DNA from: an uncultured Anaerolineales bacterium | Lineage (GTDB): Bacteria; Chloroflexota; Anaerolineae; UBA1429 | NCBI GenBank assembly: GCA_964416075.1 | Contig: CAYQDH010000002.1 | Location: 1 to 50,026, forward strand | Reading direction: 5' to 3' | Length of the DNA: 50,026 nt | Shown here: positions 36,594 to 44,788 of the stretch, piece by piece | How the letters are laid out: each line of letters opens with the position of its first letter | How positions within the stretch are numbered: the first letter of the stretch is position 1 | Translations under genes and position numbers: made by a program | Notes under the pieces: model-generated | The model's input: the letters and a program-made list of their open reading frames with translations, nothing else | Told to the model about the DNA's origin: nothing | Database searches by the model: none

Positions 36594-36653
36594 ACGTCAT
36601 GAGCAGGAGCGGGTTTCGCGACGACGCATTCTCAGTTCACTGAGGAGTATACT

Positions 36654-37736
36654 ATGCCGGATATCCTACGCCAACATGCCGAACAGCAATTCGCCGAGGA
36701 GTTGGACCACCTGGCTCGTGCGGATACCCGGCCGCGCCCGCCCAATTGGCGCCTTTCTCCTTGGGCGGTGGCCACCTATGTTTTGGGCGGCGAGTTGCCG
36801 GACGGCTACCACATCACGCCCAAATACGTCGGCAGCCGGCGCCTGGTGGAGATCGCCATCGCCACGTTGGCTACGGACCGGGCGCTCCTCTTGTTTGGGG
36901 TGCCGGGCACCGCCAAGACCTGGCTCTCCGAGCACCTGGCCGCCGCCATCGCCGGCGATTCGACGCTCGTCGTCCAGGGCACGGCGGGCACCAGCGAGGA
37001 TGCCATCCGCTACGGTTGGAATTACGCCCGGCTGCTGACCGACGGCCCCTCCGAAGCTGCCCTGGTGCCTAGCCCCGTCATGCGCGCCATGCTGGAGGGC
37101 AAGATCGCCCGCGTCGAGGAGCTGACGCGCATCCCTTCGGACGTGCAAGATGCCCTCATCACCATCCTCTCTGAGAAAACCCTGCCGGTGCCTGAGCTGA
37201 AATCGGAGGCCCAGGCCATCAAGGGGTTCAATGTCATCGCCACGGCCAACAACCGCGACCGGGGGGTCAACGAGCTATCCAGCGCCCTCAAGCGTCGCTT
37301 TAACACGGTGGTGCTGCCGCTCCCCGCCACAGCCGAGGAGGAGACGAGCATCGTGTTGACCCGGGTGGAGGCCCTGGGCCAGGTGCTGGAGCTGCCCGCC
37401 GAAAAGCCGCCCCTGGAGGAGGTGCGGCGCGTGGTAACTATCTTCCGCGAGCTGCGCGAGGGCGTAACCTCCGACGGTAAGACCAAGCTCAAGTCGCCGA
37501 CCAGCACCCTGAGCACCGCCGAGGCCATCTCCGTGGTCAATAGCGGCCTGGCCATGGCTGGGCATTTTGGCGACGGGTATATGCGGGCCTCCGACATGGC
37601 CCCCGGCATCACGGGGGCCGTCATCAAGGACCCGGTGCAGGACCGTGTCGTATGGCTGGAATACCTGGAGACGGTGCTCAAGGAGCGCAACGGCTGGAAG
37701 GATCTGTACCGCGCCTGCCGGGAAGCTGTTATGTGA
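36654..37736 (+). CDS. MoxR-like AAA+ ATPase (AAA_5 type)
   Basis: Walker A LLFGVPGTAKTW. The Walker-B-region is KIARVEELTRIPSDVQDALITILSEK, with EE where DE is usual. Sensor-1 VIATANN and an RRF arginine are present. RBS GAGGAG is 6 nt upstream. Confidence 0.85.
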   Translation: MPDILRQHAEQQFAEELDHLARADTRPRPPNWRLSPWAVATYVLGGELPDGYHITPKYVGSRRLVEIAIATLATDRALLLFGVPGTAKTWLSEHLAAAIAGDSTLVVQGTAGTSEDAIRYGWNYARLLTDGPSEAALVPSPVMRAMLEGKIARVEELTRIPSDVQDALITILSEKTLPVPELKSEAQAIKGFNVIATANNRDRGVNELSSALKRRFNTVVLPLPATAEEETSIVLTRVEALGQVLELPAEKPPLEEVRRVVTIFRELREGVTSDGKTKLKSPTSTLSTAEAISVVNSGLAMAGHFGDGYMRASDMAPGITGAVIKDPVQDRVVWLEYLETVLKERNGWKDLYRACREAVM

Positions 37737-37744
37737 GGTCCTAG

Positions 37745-40102
37745 ATGACTGTCCACGTCTTTGGCATCCGCCACCATGGTCCAGGTTCGGCACGTACCCT
37801 GCTGGCTGCGCTGGAGAGCCTGCGCCCCGATGCCATCCTCGTCGAGGGGCCACCTGAGGGGGAGGAGCTATTGGGCGCGGTGCTCCATCCCGACATGCAA
37901 CCCCCTGTAGCCCTGCTGGTCTATGTCCCTGATGAGCCGCGCCGAGCGGGCTTTTACCCCTATGCCCTGTTTTCGCCCGAGTGGCAAGCCATCCGCTATG
38001 GCCTGGAGCACGGCGTCCCGGTGCGGCTGATCGATCTGCCGCAGAAGCATTGGCTGGCCCTGCGCCAGGAAGAGGCGCAGGCTCCACCGGCGCCAAGCGC
38101 CTCGGCACCCAGTGCCGCGCCCGATGATGCCCCGACGCCGGCGCCCCCACCGCAGCCCGTGGACCCCTTGGATGCGTTGGCCCTGGCCGCGGGCTATGAG
38201 GATGGCGAGAACTGGTGGGAGCATCTCATCGAGGAGCGTCCCACCGGTGGGGAGAACCGGGCCGCCGCAGCCCTGGATGTCTTTGCGGCGGTCCAGGAGA
38301 TGATGGGTGCCCTGCGTTCCAGTGCGCCACTGGATGGGCAGAGCCCCGAGGCCGTGCAATCACTAATGAGGGACCCCTTACAGCCACTGCGCGAGGCGGC
38401 GATGCGCCGGTCGATCCGTATCGCCGAGCAGGCCGGGTACCAGCGGATCGCCGTGGTGTGCGGGGCCTGGCACGTGCCGGCCCTCGTCTCTACAGCGCCT
38501 GGAGACGACGACCTGTTGGCAGGCTTGCCCGAGGTCCCGGTCAAGCTCACCTGGGTGGCCTGGAGTTACGAGCACCTGTCGCGTTTCAGCGGTTACGGTG
38601 CGGGGGCCATCTCGCCCGCCTGGTACGAGCACTTGTGGCGCACGGCGCCATCGGGCCATGTCGCCGTGCTCTGGCTGACGCGCGTTGCCCAGTTGTTGCG
38701 CCAAGAGGACCTGGACGCCTCGGCGGCCCAGGTCATCGATGCCGCCCGCTTGGCCGATGCCCTGGCCGGCGTGCGCGGGCGCTCCCGCCCGGGTTTGGCG
38801 GAGCTGCGCGACGCGTGCCTGGCCGTCTTTTGCTTTGGCAATCCCGCGCCCATGCGCCTGATCTCACACCAGTTGATCATCGGCGACCGCCTGGGCCAGG
38901 TGCCGGCGGGGCTGCCGATGGTGCCGCTCTACCAGGACCTCGTGGCGACCGAGGGCCGGCTGCGTTTCCCGCGCCAGATGAGCGCCAAGCAACACGATCT
39001 CGACCTTCGCCAGCCGAATGATCTCGCACGCAGCCGGCTGCTCCACCGCCTGCTCGCCCTGGATGTGCCATGGGGCAAGCTTGAGGCCGCCAGGCATGGT
39101 GTCAAAGGTACATTTCACGAAGTGTGGACCCTGCAATGGCAGCCGGAATTCACCATCCGGGTGATCGAGCGGGCCATCTGGGGCAACACCATAGCCCAGG
39201 CCGCCAACACGTATCTCGTGCACCAGGGTGAGACGGCCCCGGAATTGGCCGCCCTCATGGAATTGCTGGACTGTGCGCTCCTGGCTGACCTGCCTGCGGC
39301 GGCGGCTCATCTCATCGCCCTGTTCCAGGCTCGTTCGGCCCTATCGGGCGACGTCGGGCGCTTGATGGACGCCTTTCCCCCTTTGGCCCGGGCGTTACGC
39401 TATGGCACCGTGCGGCAGAGTGCCGCTCTGGTGGGGGGAGGAGAGATGGCTGCCCTTGGCCCCAGCGCCATCGCCCCCATCCTCAACGGCTTGGGGGCGC
39501 GCATCTGCATTGGGCTCCCCATAGCCTGTGCCTCTTTGGACGATGACGCCGCGCAGCAGATGTTGCAGCGCATCGAGGCGGTGCAGAGCGGCCTAGCGGT
39601 GGTAGACCTGCCGGAGCTAACGGCAAGCTGGCAGGCCACATGCCGACAGTTGGTCGACCAAGGAGGCTTGCATGGGCTGCTCGCCGGCCGCTGCTGCCGG
39701 TTGTTGCTCGATCAGCGCCTTCTGAGCGCGGAGGAGGTTGCCCGCCGCTTGAGCCTGGCCTTGTCGCGCGGCAACGACCCGGCCCAGGGCGCAGCCTGGT
39801 TGGAGGGCCTGCTCCGTGGCAGCGGCCTGCTGCTCATCCACCAGGGTGGGCTGTGGAGCGTCCTGGATCAGTGGCTCGCGGGATTGGCCCCCGAGGCTTT
39901 TGTCGCCGTGCTGCCCTTGCTGCGCCGCACCTTTTCCGCCTTTCCGGCTCCCGAGCGCCGCCAGATGGGCGAGCGCGTGCGCCGAGGGCCGGCGCACATG
40001 GTGCTCGGCGACCGGGATACGAATATCGACACGCACCGTGCAGATGCCACTCTGCCGCTGCTGGCCCGCTTGCTGGGCCTACAAGAGGATGGCTCACCAT
40101 GA
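37745..40102 (+). CDS. Large DUF5682-like protein (785 aa) with TraB/TIKI/ChaN-like N-terminal pattern
   Basis: N-terminus VHVFGIRHHGPGSARTLLAALESLRPDAILVEGPPE, then a Pro/Ala-rich linker (QAPPAPSASAPSAAPDDAPTPAPPPQPVDP), then a long helical region. The stop overlaps the next start (ATGA). The DUF5682 label is from memory. Confidence 0.65.
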   Translation: MTVHVFGIRHHGPGSARTLLAALESLRPDAILVEGPPEGEELLGAVLHPDMQPPVALLVYVPDEPRRAGFYPYALFSPEWQAIRYGLEHGVPVRLIDLPQKHWLALRQEEAQAPPAPSASAPSAAPDDAPTPAPPPQPVDPLDALALAAGYEDGENWWEHLIEERPTGGENRAAAALDVFAAVQEMMGALRSSAPLDGQSPEAVQSLMRDPLQPLREAAMRRSIRIAEQAGYQRIAVVCGAWHVPALVSTAPGDDDLLAGLPEVPVKLTWVAWSYEHLSRFSGYGAGAISPAWYEHLWRTAPSGHVAVLWLTRVAQLLRQEDLDASAAQVIDAARLADALAGVRGRSRPGLAELRDACLAVFCFGNPAPMRLISHQLIIGDRLGQVPAGLPMVPLYQDLVATEGRLRFPRQMSAKQHDLDLRQPNDLARSRLLHRLLALDVPWGKLEAARHGVKGTFHEVWTLQWQPEFTIRVIERAIWGNTIAQAANTYLVHQGETAPELAALMELLDCALLADLPAAAAHLIALFQARSALSGDVGRLMDAFPPLARALRYGTVRQSAALVGGGEMAALGPSAIAPILNGLGARICIGLPIACASLDDDAAQQMLQRIEAVQSGLAVVDLPELTASWQATCRQLVDQGGLHGLLAGRCCRLLLDQRLLSAEEVARRLSLALSRGNDPAQGAAWLEGLLRGSGLLLIHQGGLWSVLDQWLAGLAPEAFVAVLPLLRRTFSAFPAPERRQMGERVRRGPAHMVLGDRDTNIDTHRADATLPLLARLLGLQEDGSP

Positions 40103-41268
40103 GCGATACGTTGCAGCCCAGCACCGTCCCTGGGGAGGACGAGCGTCTGCGTCGCTGGCGGCTTGTCCTGGGTGGCGGCGATGCCGACAGCATCGCTCTC
40201 CCCCTCGATGATCTGGATCTGGGGATGGATCGCACGCTGAGCGCCCTCTATGACTCGGAGCGCAGGGGAGGGCTCGGCGCATCGGCCCCACACGTGGCGC
40301 GCTGGCTGGGGGATATCCGCACCTATTTTCCCTCCTCCGTCGTCCGCATCTTGCAGCGCGATGCCATGGAGCGACTAGGGCTTCGGCAGATGCTCGCCCA
40401 GCCCGAGCTGCTGGCCTCCATCGAGCCGGACATCCACCTGGTGGCCTCGTTGGTGATGCTCAAGGACGTCCTGCCGGCCAGAACCAGGGACACGGCCCGC
40501 CAGGTGATTCGCCAGGTGGTGGAAGAGGTCGAGCGGCGGCTGGCCCAGCCGCTGCGCCAGGCCGTGCAGTCGAGCCTGGACCGCGCGGCCCGCACCCGCC
40601 GCCCGCGCCACCACGAGATCGACTGGCAGCGCACCATCCGCGCCAACCTAAAGCACTATCAGCGCCGCTACCGCACCATCATCCCCGTTCAACGCATAGG
40701 CTTTGCCCGCAAAGGGACGGGCCTGCGAGACATTATCGTCTGCATCGATCAAAGTGGCTCGATGGCTGCTTCAGTGGTCTATGCTGGTATCTTGAGTTCT
40801 GTGCTGGCCTCGCTGCGGGCCATCCATACGCGCGTCGTCGCTTTCGATACCTCAGTGGTGGACCTCAGCGATCTGCTTTCCGATCCCGTCGAGCTGCTCT
40901 TTGGCACCCAGCTGGGTGGCGGAACCGATATCGACCAGGCCCTGGCCTATTGCCAATCCCTGATCCGGAGCCCCCACGATACCATCCTCGTACTGCTCAG
41001 CGACCTGTACGAGGGGGGCGACCAGGGCGCCATGGTGGGCCGCATCAGAACGATGGTCGATATGGGTGTGCAGGTCATAGCCTTGTTGGCGCTGAACGAC
41101 CGGGGTGCGCCCTCCTACAACCATCCCCTGGCGAGCGCCCTGTCGAGCATGGGTGTCCCGGCCTTTGGGTGTACGCCCGACCAATTCCCCGACTTGATCG
41201 CGGCGGCTATCCAGCGCCAGGACCTCACGGTCTGGGCCACAAGCAGCGGCATCGCACCCGCAAGGTGA
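40099..41268 (+). CDS. von Willebrand factor A domain protein (CoxE-like), complete MIDAS
   Basis: From MSDTLQPST. MIDAS residues are DQSGSM (DxSxS), GGGTDI and LLSDLYEGG. The track ORF (39640..) is an artefactual 5' extension over the preceding gene. Confidence 0.85.
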   Translation: MSDTLQPSTVPGEDERLRRWRLVLGGGDADSIALPLDDLDLGMDRTLSALYDSERRGGLGASAPHVARWLGDIRTYFPSSVVRILQRDAMERLGLRQMLAQPELLASIEPDIHLVASLVMLKDVLPARTRDTARQVIRQVVEEVERRLAQPLRQAVQSSLDRAARTRRPRHHEIDWQRTIRANLKHYQRRYRTIIPVQRIGFARKGTGLRDIIVCIDQSGSMAASVVYAGILSSVLASLRAIHTRVVAFDTSVVDLSDLLSDPVELLFGTQLGGGTDIDQALAYCQSLIRSPHDTILVLLSDLYEGGDQGAMVGRIRTMVDMGVQVIALLALNDRGAPSYNHPLASALSSMGVPAFGCTPDQFPDLIAAAIQRQDLTVWATSSGIAPAR

Positions 41269-41507
41269 CAGGAAAAAGGATCATGGACAGCATCTTCTGA
41301 CAGGACTAACAGGATTTGCAGGATTCAGAAAGGAAGCCTCAACGAATCCATGGTATGACAGCATTCAGAACGGTGCATGAGCCTCCATCGGTTGCCACAG
41401 TGCGCCACGGTGTTTTCCCGCTATGCTCGCTCGTGCTATAGTATCCCCGTGCCCAGCAAACGGGCGCGCATCTCGTGCCAAATCCTCACCATAGGAGTGT
41501 GTTCACC

Positions 41508-42692
41508 ATGGACCAGATCCGCATGGCTGTCATCGGTGCCACGGGCCGAGGCTTTCTCGCCCGGCATTGGCATAATCCGCAGGGTCGTTCCGTTGTCGTC
41601 GCCGCCGCTGACACCTCCGACGACGCCCTGGCCTCCTTCCGCGCTCACATCAACCCTGATGGCTACGTCACCCACGACTACCGCGAGCTCCTCGACCGCC
41701 AGGATATCGACGCCGTCGCCGTGACCAGCCCCGACTATACCCACGAGCAATACGTCTGCGACGCCCTCAGCGCGGGCAAGCACGTCTTCAGTGAAAAGCC
41801 GATGGCCATCACCACCGAGGGCTGCGACCGCATGCTGCGCGCCTGGGTCGAATCGGGCAAGCAGTACATGGTCGGGTTCAACATGCGTTACATGAACATC
41901 TTTCGGGTGATGAAGGACGCCGTCGATGCCGGCATGATTGGGGAGGTCAAGGTGGTCTGGGTGCGTCACTTTGTGGGCACCGGCGGCAACTGGTACTACC
42001 ACGACTGGCACGGCGCCTCGCGCAATTCCACCAGCCTGCTCCTGCAAAAGGCCTCGCATGATATCGATATGATCCACTGGATCACCGGGCGCTATAGCAA
42101 CCGCGTGGCGGGGTTCGGCAGCCTCGACTATTACGGCGGAGACAAGCCAAACGACCTCCATTGCCCTGCCTGCCCCGAGCGTGACACCTGCATCGAGTAC
42201 CAGTACGCCGATGATCCCCAGCGCGCCAACAAGATGGATATGTGCGTCTTTCGCCAGGAGATCGATGTGGAGGACAACTCGACCGTCCTGATGCAGCTGG
42301 ATGGCGGTATCAAGGCCACCTACATGCAATGCCACTATGCGCCCGAATACTGGCGTAACTATACCTTCATCGGCACCGAGGGGCGCATCGAGAACCTGGA
42401 CGACGGGAGCAAGGTCATCGTCAACCTGCGCAACCGCTCCAATCGCTGGCGCAACCTGGCGAACTATGACCTATCGGTCAAGCCTGCCAGCGGCACGCAC
42501 GGCGGCGCCGACCCCATCATCTGCCAGGACTTTATCGATATGGTCCTCACCGGCAAGCGTCCCATCTCCACCCCCTTGGCCGGACGGATGAGCGTTGCCG
42601 TGGGCGTCGCCGCCACCTGGTCGATCCGTCATGCCTGGCAACCCGTCGACCTGCCGCCGGTTCCCGCCGACATCCGCGACCAAGTGTACTAA
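41508..42692 (+). CDS. Gfo/Idh/MocA family oxidoreductase
   Basis: MDQIRMAVIGATGRGFLARHW Rossmann start, and FSEKPMA as the EKP motif. AGGAG lies upstream of ATG 41508. Confidence 0.85.
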   Translation: MDQIRMAVIGATGRGFLARHWHNPQGRSVVVAAADTSDDALASFRAHINPDGYVTHDYRELLDRQDIDAVAVTSPDYTHEQYVCDALSAGKHVFSEKPMAITTEGCDRMLRAWVESGKQYMVGFNMRYMNIFRVMKDAVDAGMIGEVKVVWVRHFVGTGGNWYYHDWHGASRNSTSLLLQKASHDIDMIHWITGRYSNRVAGFGSLDYYGGDKPNDLHCPACPERDTCIEYQYADDPQRANKMDMCVFRQEIDVEDNSTVLMQLDGGIKATYMQCHYAPEYWRNYTFIGTEGRIENLDDGSKVIVNLRNRSNRWRNLANYDLSVKPASGTHGGADPIICQDFIDMVLTGKRPISTPLAGRMSVAVGVAATWSIRHAWQPVDLPPVPADIRDQVY

Positions 42693-42693
42693 T

Positions 42694-42738
42694 CTTAAGC
42701 CAGGGCTGGCGCCACCGTGGCGCCAGCCCTGGCTTAAG
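42694..42738. terminator. Perfect 20-bp-stem hairpin between convergent genes (bidirectional terminator candidate)
   Basis: CTTAAGCCAGGGCTGGCGCC, loop accgt, GGCGCCAGCCCTGGCTTAAG. No U-tract on either side. Confidence 0.55.
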
Positions 42739-42754
42739 TTGGAGTCGTTCAGAA

Positions 42755-43306
42755 TCATCGTTTCTCGGCGAGGTAGGCAAAGAAGCCTGCCCGCCTCAAA
42801 GCTTGCAGCGTCAGCGCCCCCAGCACCCCGCCGAGAGCGCCGAAAACGATGTACCCGATCAACGCTTTGAGCAGCCCCAGCGCCACAAACCCCACCGGCG
42901 CGCCCGTGATGCTCGCCATACCCCATTTGACCAAGAACTTGGCCATGTGGCCCAAGGTCGCCGCCAGCCCCGCCACGACCAGGCTCTCCGGACGACCCAG
43001 CAGCCATAGGGCCAGGTCAGTGCCCACGCCTACCGCTGTATAGGACAGCAGTGTGTTTAGCGCGCCGAAATCGCCCAATCCCATAAAGGCCGCCATGATG
43101 CCGGAGCTTAGGCCCACCAGGCTGGCCGCGCCGCGCTTGGGGACGATCCCCGCGCCCACGATGATGATCGCCATCCAAAAGATGCCGGAATGACCCGACA
43201 GCTGCAGCGGCAGCCGCAACGTGATCTTGGCTACCACGACCAGCGCGGCGAACAGCGCTAGCAAGACAAGCTCAAAGGTGGAGAAATATCGCTCCTTCAT
43301 GGCCAT
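42755..43306 (-). CDS. ECF-transporter substrate-specific (S) component-like membrane protein
   Basis: About 183 aa from MAMKERYFSTFELVLLALFAALVV, with 5-6 TM segments. It is last in the gene string with EcfT and the fused EcfA. The start shares one nt with the upstream stop. Confidence 0.6.
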   Translation of the reverse strand: MAMKERYFSTFELVLLALFAALVVVAKITLRLPLQLSGHSGIFWMAIIIVGAGIVPKRGAASLVGLSSGIMAAFMGLGDFGALNTLLSYTAVGVGTDLALWLLGRPESLVVAGLAATLGHMAKFLVKWGMASITGAPVGFVALGLLKALIGYIVFGALGGVLGALTLQALRRAGFFAYLAEKR

Positions 43307-43809
43307 CACTCCGATTCTGGTGGGGTGTTGATTTCGATAGCATCCACGTCCTGCACCCACTCGTCGCGGATGTCCAACTGGGGCAAGAGCGAGACCAGCT
43401 TGAGCGTGCCGCGCCCCGATAGATCGAACAACACCATGTTCGCAGGGTCATCGACCTCGGCCCAGGTCAGGTCCGCAATCTTGCTGCTGCTGCCGCTGGA
43501 TACATGCACCCGCGTCGTGGGCCCGAGGGCATTGCGCTCGATGTGCCGCAAGATCACATCTCGCAGCATCCAGCCCTGCTGCGTCTTGCCCTCCTCCGCG
43601 TCCACAAACTGGGCTTCTTCCAGGTTGGCTAGATCGTCGGGCGTAAAGCCCCCTACGAGGCGACCATCCATGCGGATAGGGATGCTCCCCGGCGCCAGCT
43701 CCGGCTCCGGGCCGAGCCGCGAACGCTGCCAGGCATCTACGCCGAGGACCAGGGCCACCAGCGCCACGAGGATGCCTAGCCCGATGAGAATCCGTGTTCC
43801 TTGTGTCAT
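43306..43809 (-). CDS. Membrane-anchored extracytoplasmic protein, unknown function
   Basis: N-terminal anchor ILIGLGILVALVALVLGV, then a soluble domain of about 130 aa. It lies between the EcfT and S-component genes. Confidence 0.5.
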   Translation of the reverse strand: MTQGTRILIGLGILVALVALVLGVDAWQRSRLGPEPELAPGSIPIRMDGRLVGGFTPDDLANLEEAQFVDAEEGKTQQGWMLRDVILRHIERNALGPTTRVHVSSGSSSKIADLTWAEVDDPANMVLFDLSGRGTLKLVSLLPQLDIRDEWVQDVDAIEINTPPESE

Positions 43810-43830
43810 ATCTCTACCTGTGCCGTGTTC

Positions 43831-44517
43831 TTAGCGCCAGATTAACAGCGCCACCATAGAGGCCGCCGATCCGGCCAGCAGCCAGCTGTCGAACGATGTC
43901 CAGATGAGGCGGCGGTAGGGCCGCCGATGCGGCGAGTCAAAGCCTCGGGTATAGGCGGCCTCCGTCAAGGCCCAGGCGCGCTTGGTCGTAAGGGTGATAG
44001 CGGGCACTGCCAGGGCCACCATATCGCGCAAGCGGCCCCCCAGGTTCCGCCAGCCAGAGGATGGCGCCCAGGCCCCGCGCGCCTGCTGCGCTTCCAGGAT
44101 GGCGCGCCACTCCTCGCCTAATAACCCGAGGCTCTGAAAGGCTAAACCCAAGCTAAAGGCGTAGCGGTACGGAAGACGCATCCATTCCAGCGCCAGGCGT
44201 AACTCGCCCGGCGTGGTGCTGGCGAAGAACAGGGAGAACGCCCCGGCCAGCAGCACCAGCCGCAGGGTGATCACGATGGCCAGATCCAGGCTGACCACCA
44301 CCCAATCCACCACAAAAAGGACCAGCAAGATCCACTTGAGCCTCCAGGCCTGTCGTGCCGCTTCCGGCAACAGCCGTGCCCAGAGCAACAAGCCGATATA
44401 TAGTGCCATGAAGACAGCCAGTCGCTCTAGCGGTAGCATCACCGCCAGGGATGCACATAGGCTCAGCGCCAACTTGGTGCGCGGGTCGGCGCGGCGCAGA
44501 GGCGAGTCCTCCACCAT
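43831..44517 (-). CDS. ecfT: ECF transporter transmembrane (T) component (EcfT/CbiQ family)
   Basis: From MVEDSPLRRADPRTKLALSL, with the conserved ARG motif (EAQQARGAW). The track ORF (to 44901) runs through an intrinsic terminator and so is over-extended. GAGGG lies 8 nt before ATG 44517. Confidence 0.75.
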   Translation of the reverse strand: MVEDSPLRRADPRTKLALSLCASLAVMLPLERLAVFMALYIGLLLWARLLPEAARQAWRLKWILLVLFVVDWVVVSLDLAIVITLRLVLLAGAFSLFFASTTPGELRLALEWMRLPYRYAFSLGLAFQSLGLLGEEWRAILEAQQARGAWAPSSGWRNLGGRLRDMVALAVPAITLTTKRAWALTEAAYTRGFDSPHRRPYRRLIWTSFDSWLLAGSAASMVALLIWR

Positions 44518-44748
44518 CGCCAGCCCTCGCACGCCCAGGCCAGTTCGTCTTCGCTGGGGCTTCGCACTCACCGACTTGCCTCGTTTCAGGATTGTGATCT
44601 GCTCCTTGCCCAGCGAAAACACCGACCGAGCGCGTCGCTTCGGCCGCTCGCTATGCATGGCTTGGCACAAAGGCGCTACGACAGGGTCAGCGCTGGCCTC
44701 TCCGCAATAGCGTGAGGGCAACGATGGCCACTGGCCGAGTACTGAAGC

Positions 44749-44788
44749 AAAAAAACGGCGTTTCCCCATCCATACGCGGGGAAACGCC
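44749..44788 (-). terminator. Strong intrinsic terminator inside the Mop-EcfT spacer
   Basis: Minus-strand RNA reads GGCGUUUCCCC, loop GCGUAUGGAU, GGGGAAACGCC, G, UUUUUUU: an 11-bp perfect stem and U7. Confidence 0.8.

Larger units (their letters stand above)
36320..36598 (+). repeat. Three tandem copies of a 92-bp unit plus the first nucleotides of a fourth
   Basis: Units start at 36320, 36412 and 36504, an exact 92-bp period, and a fourth begins at 36596 (GTCATG) and then diverges. There are only 4 substitutions among the 3 copies. Each unit contains the pair ACGTCAT...ATGACGT and the hairpin CCAAG-UA-CCGCAAGUU-GCCU-AACUUGCGG-AU-CUUGG. Confidence 0.95.

Noticed and set aside
36320-36598. 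The 92-bp repeats read as a CRISPR array.
   Set aside because: The units are directly contiguous with no unique spacers, the period is too long for a CRISPR repeat, and there are no cas genes in the window.
39640-40098. The 5' extension of the vWA ORF (the track gives 542 aa starting at 39640).
   Set aside because: The extension overlaps the 3' end of the DUF5682-like gene in another frame and is Arg/Pro/Gly-rich. The real start is ATG 40099, which forms an ATGA overlap with the upstream stop.
41269-41400. A lower-GC spacer after the vWA gene with several CAGGA/ACAGGA motifs.
   Set aside because: The motifs are short, irregularly spaced and not part of a clear direct or inverted repeat. I could not support a feature beyond an ordinary intergenic region.
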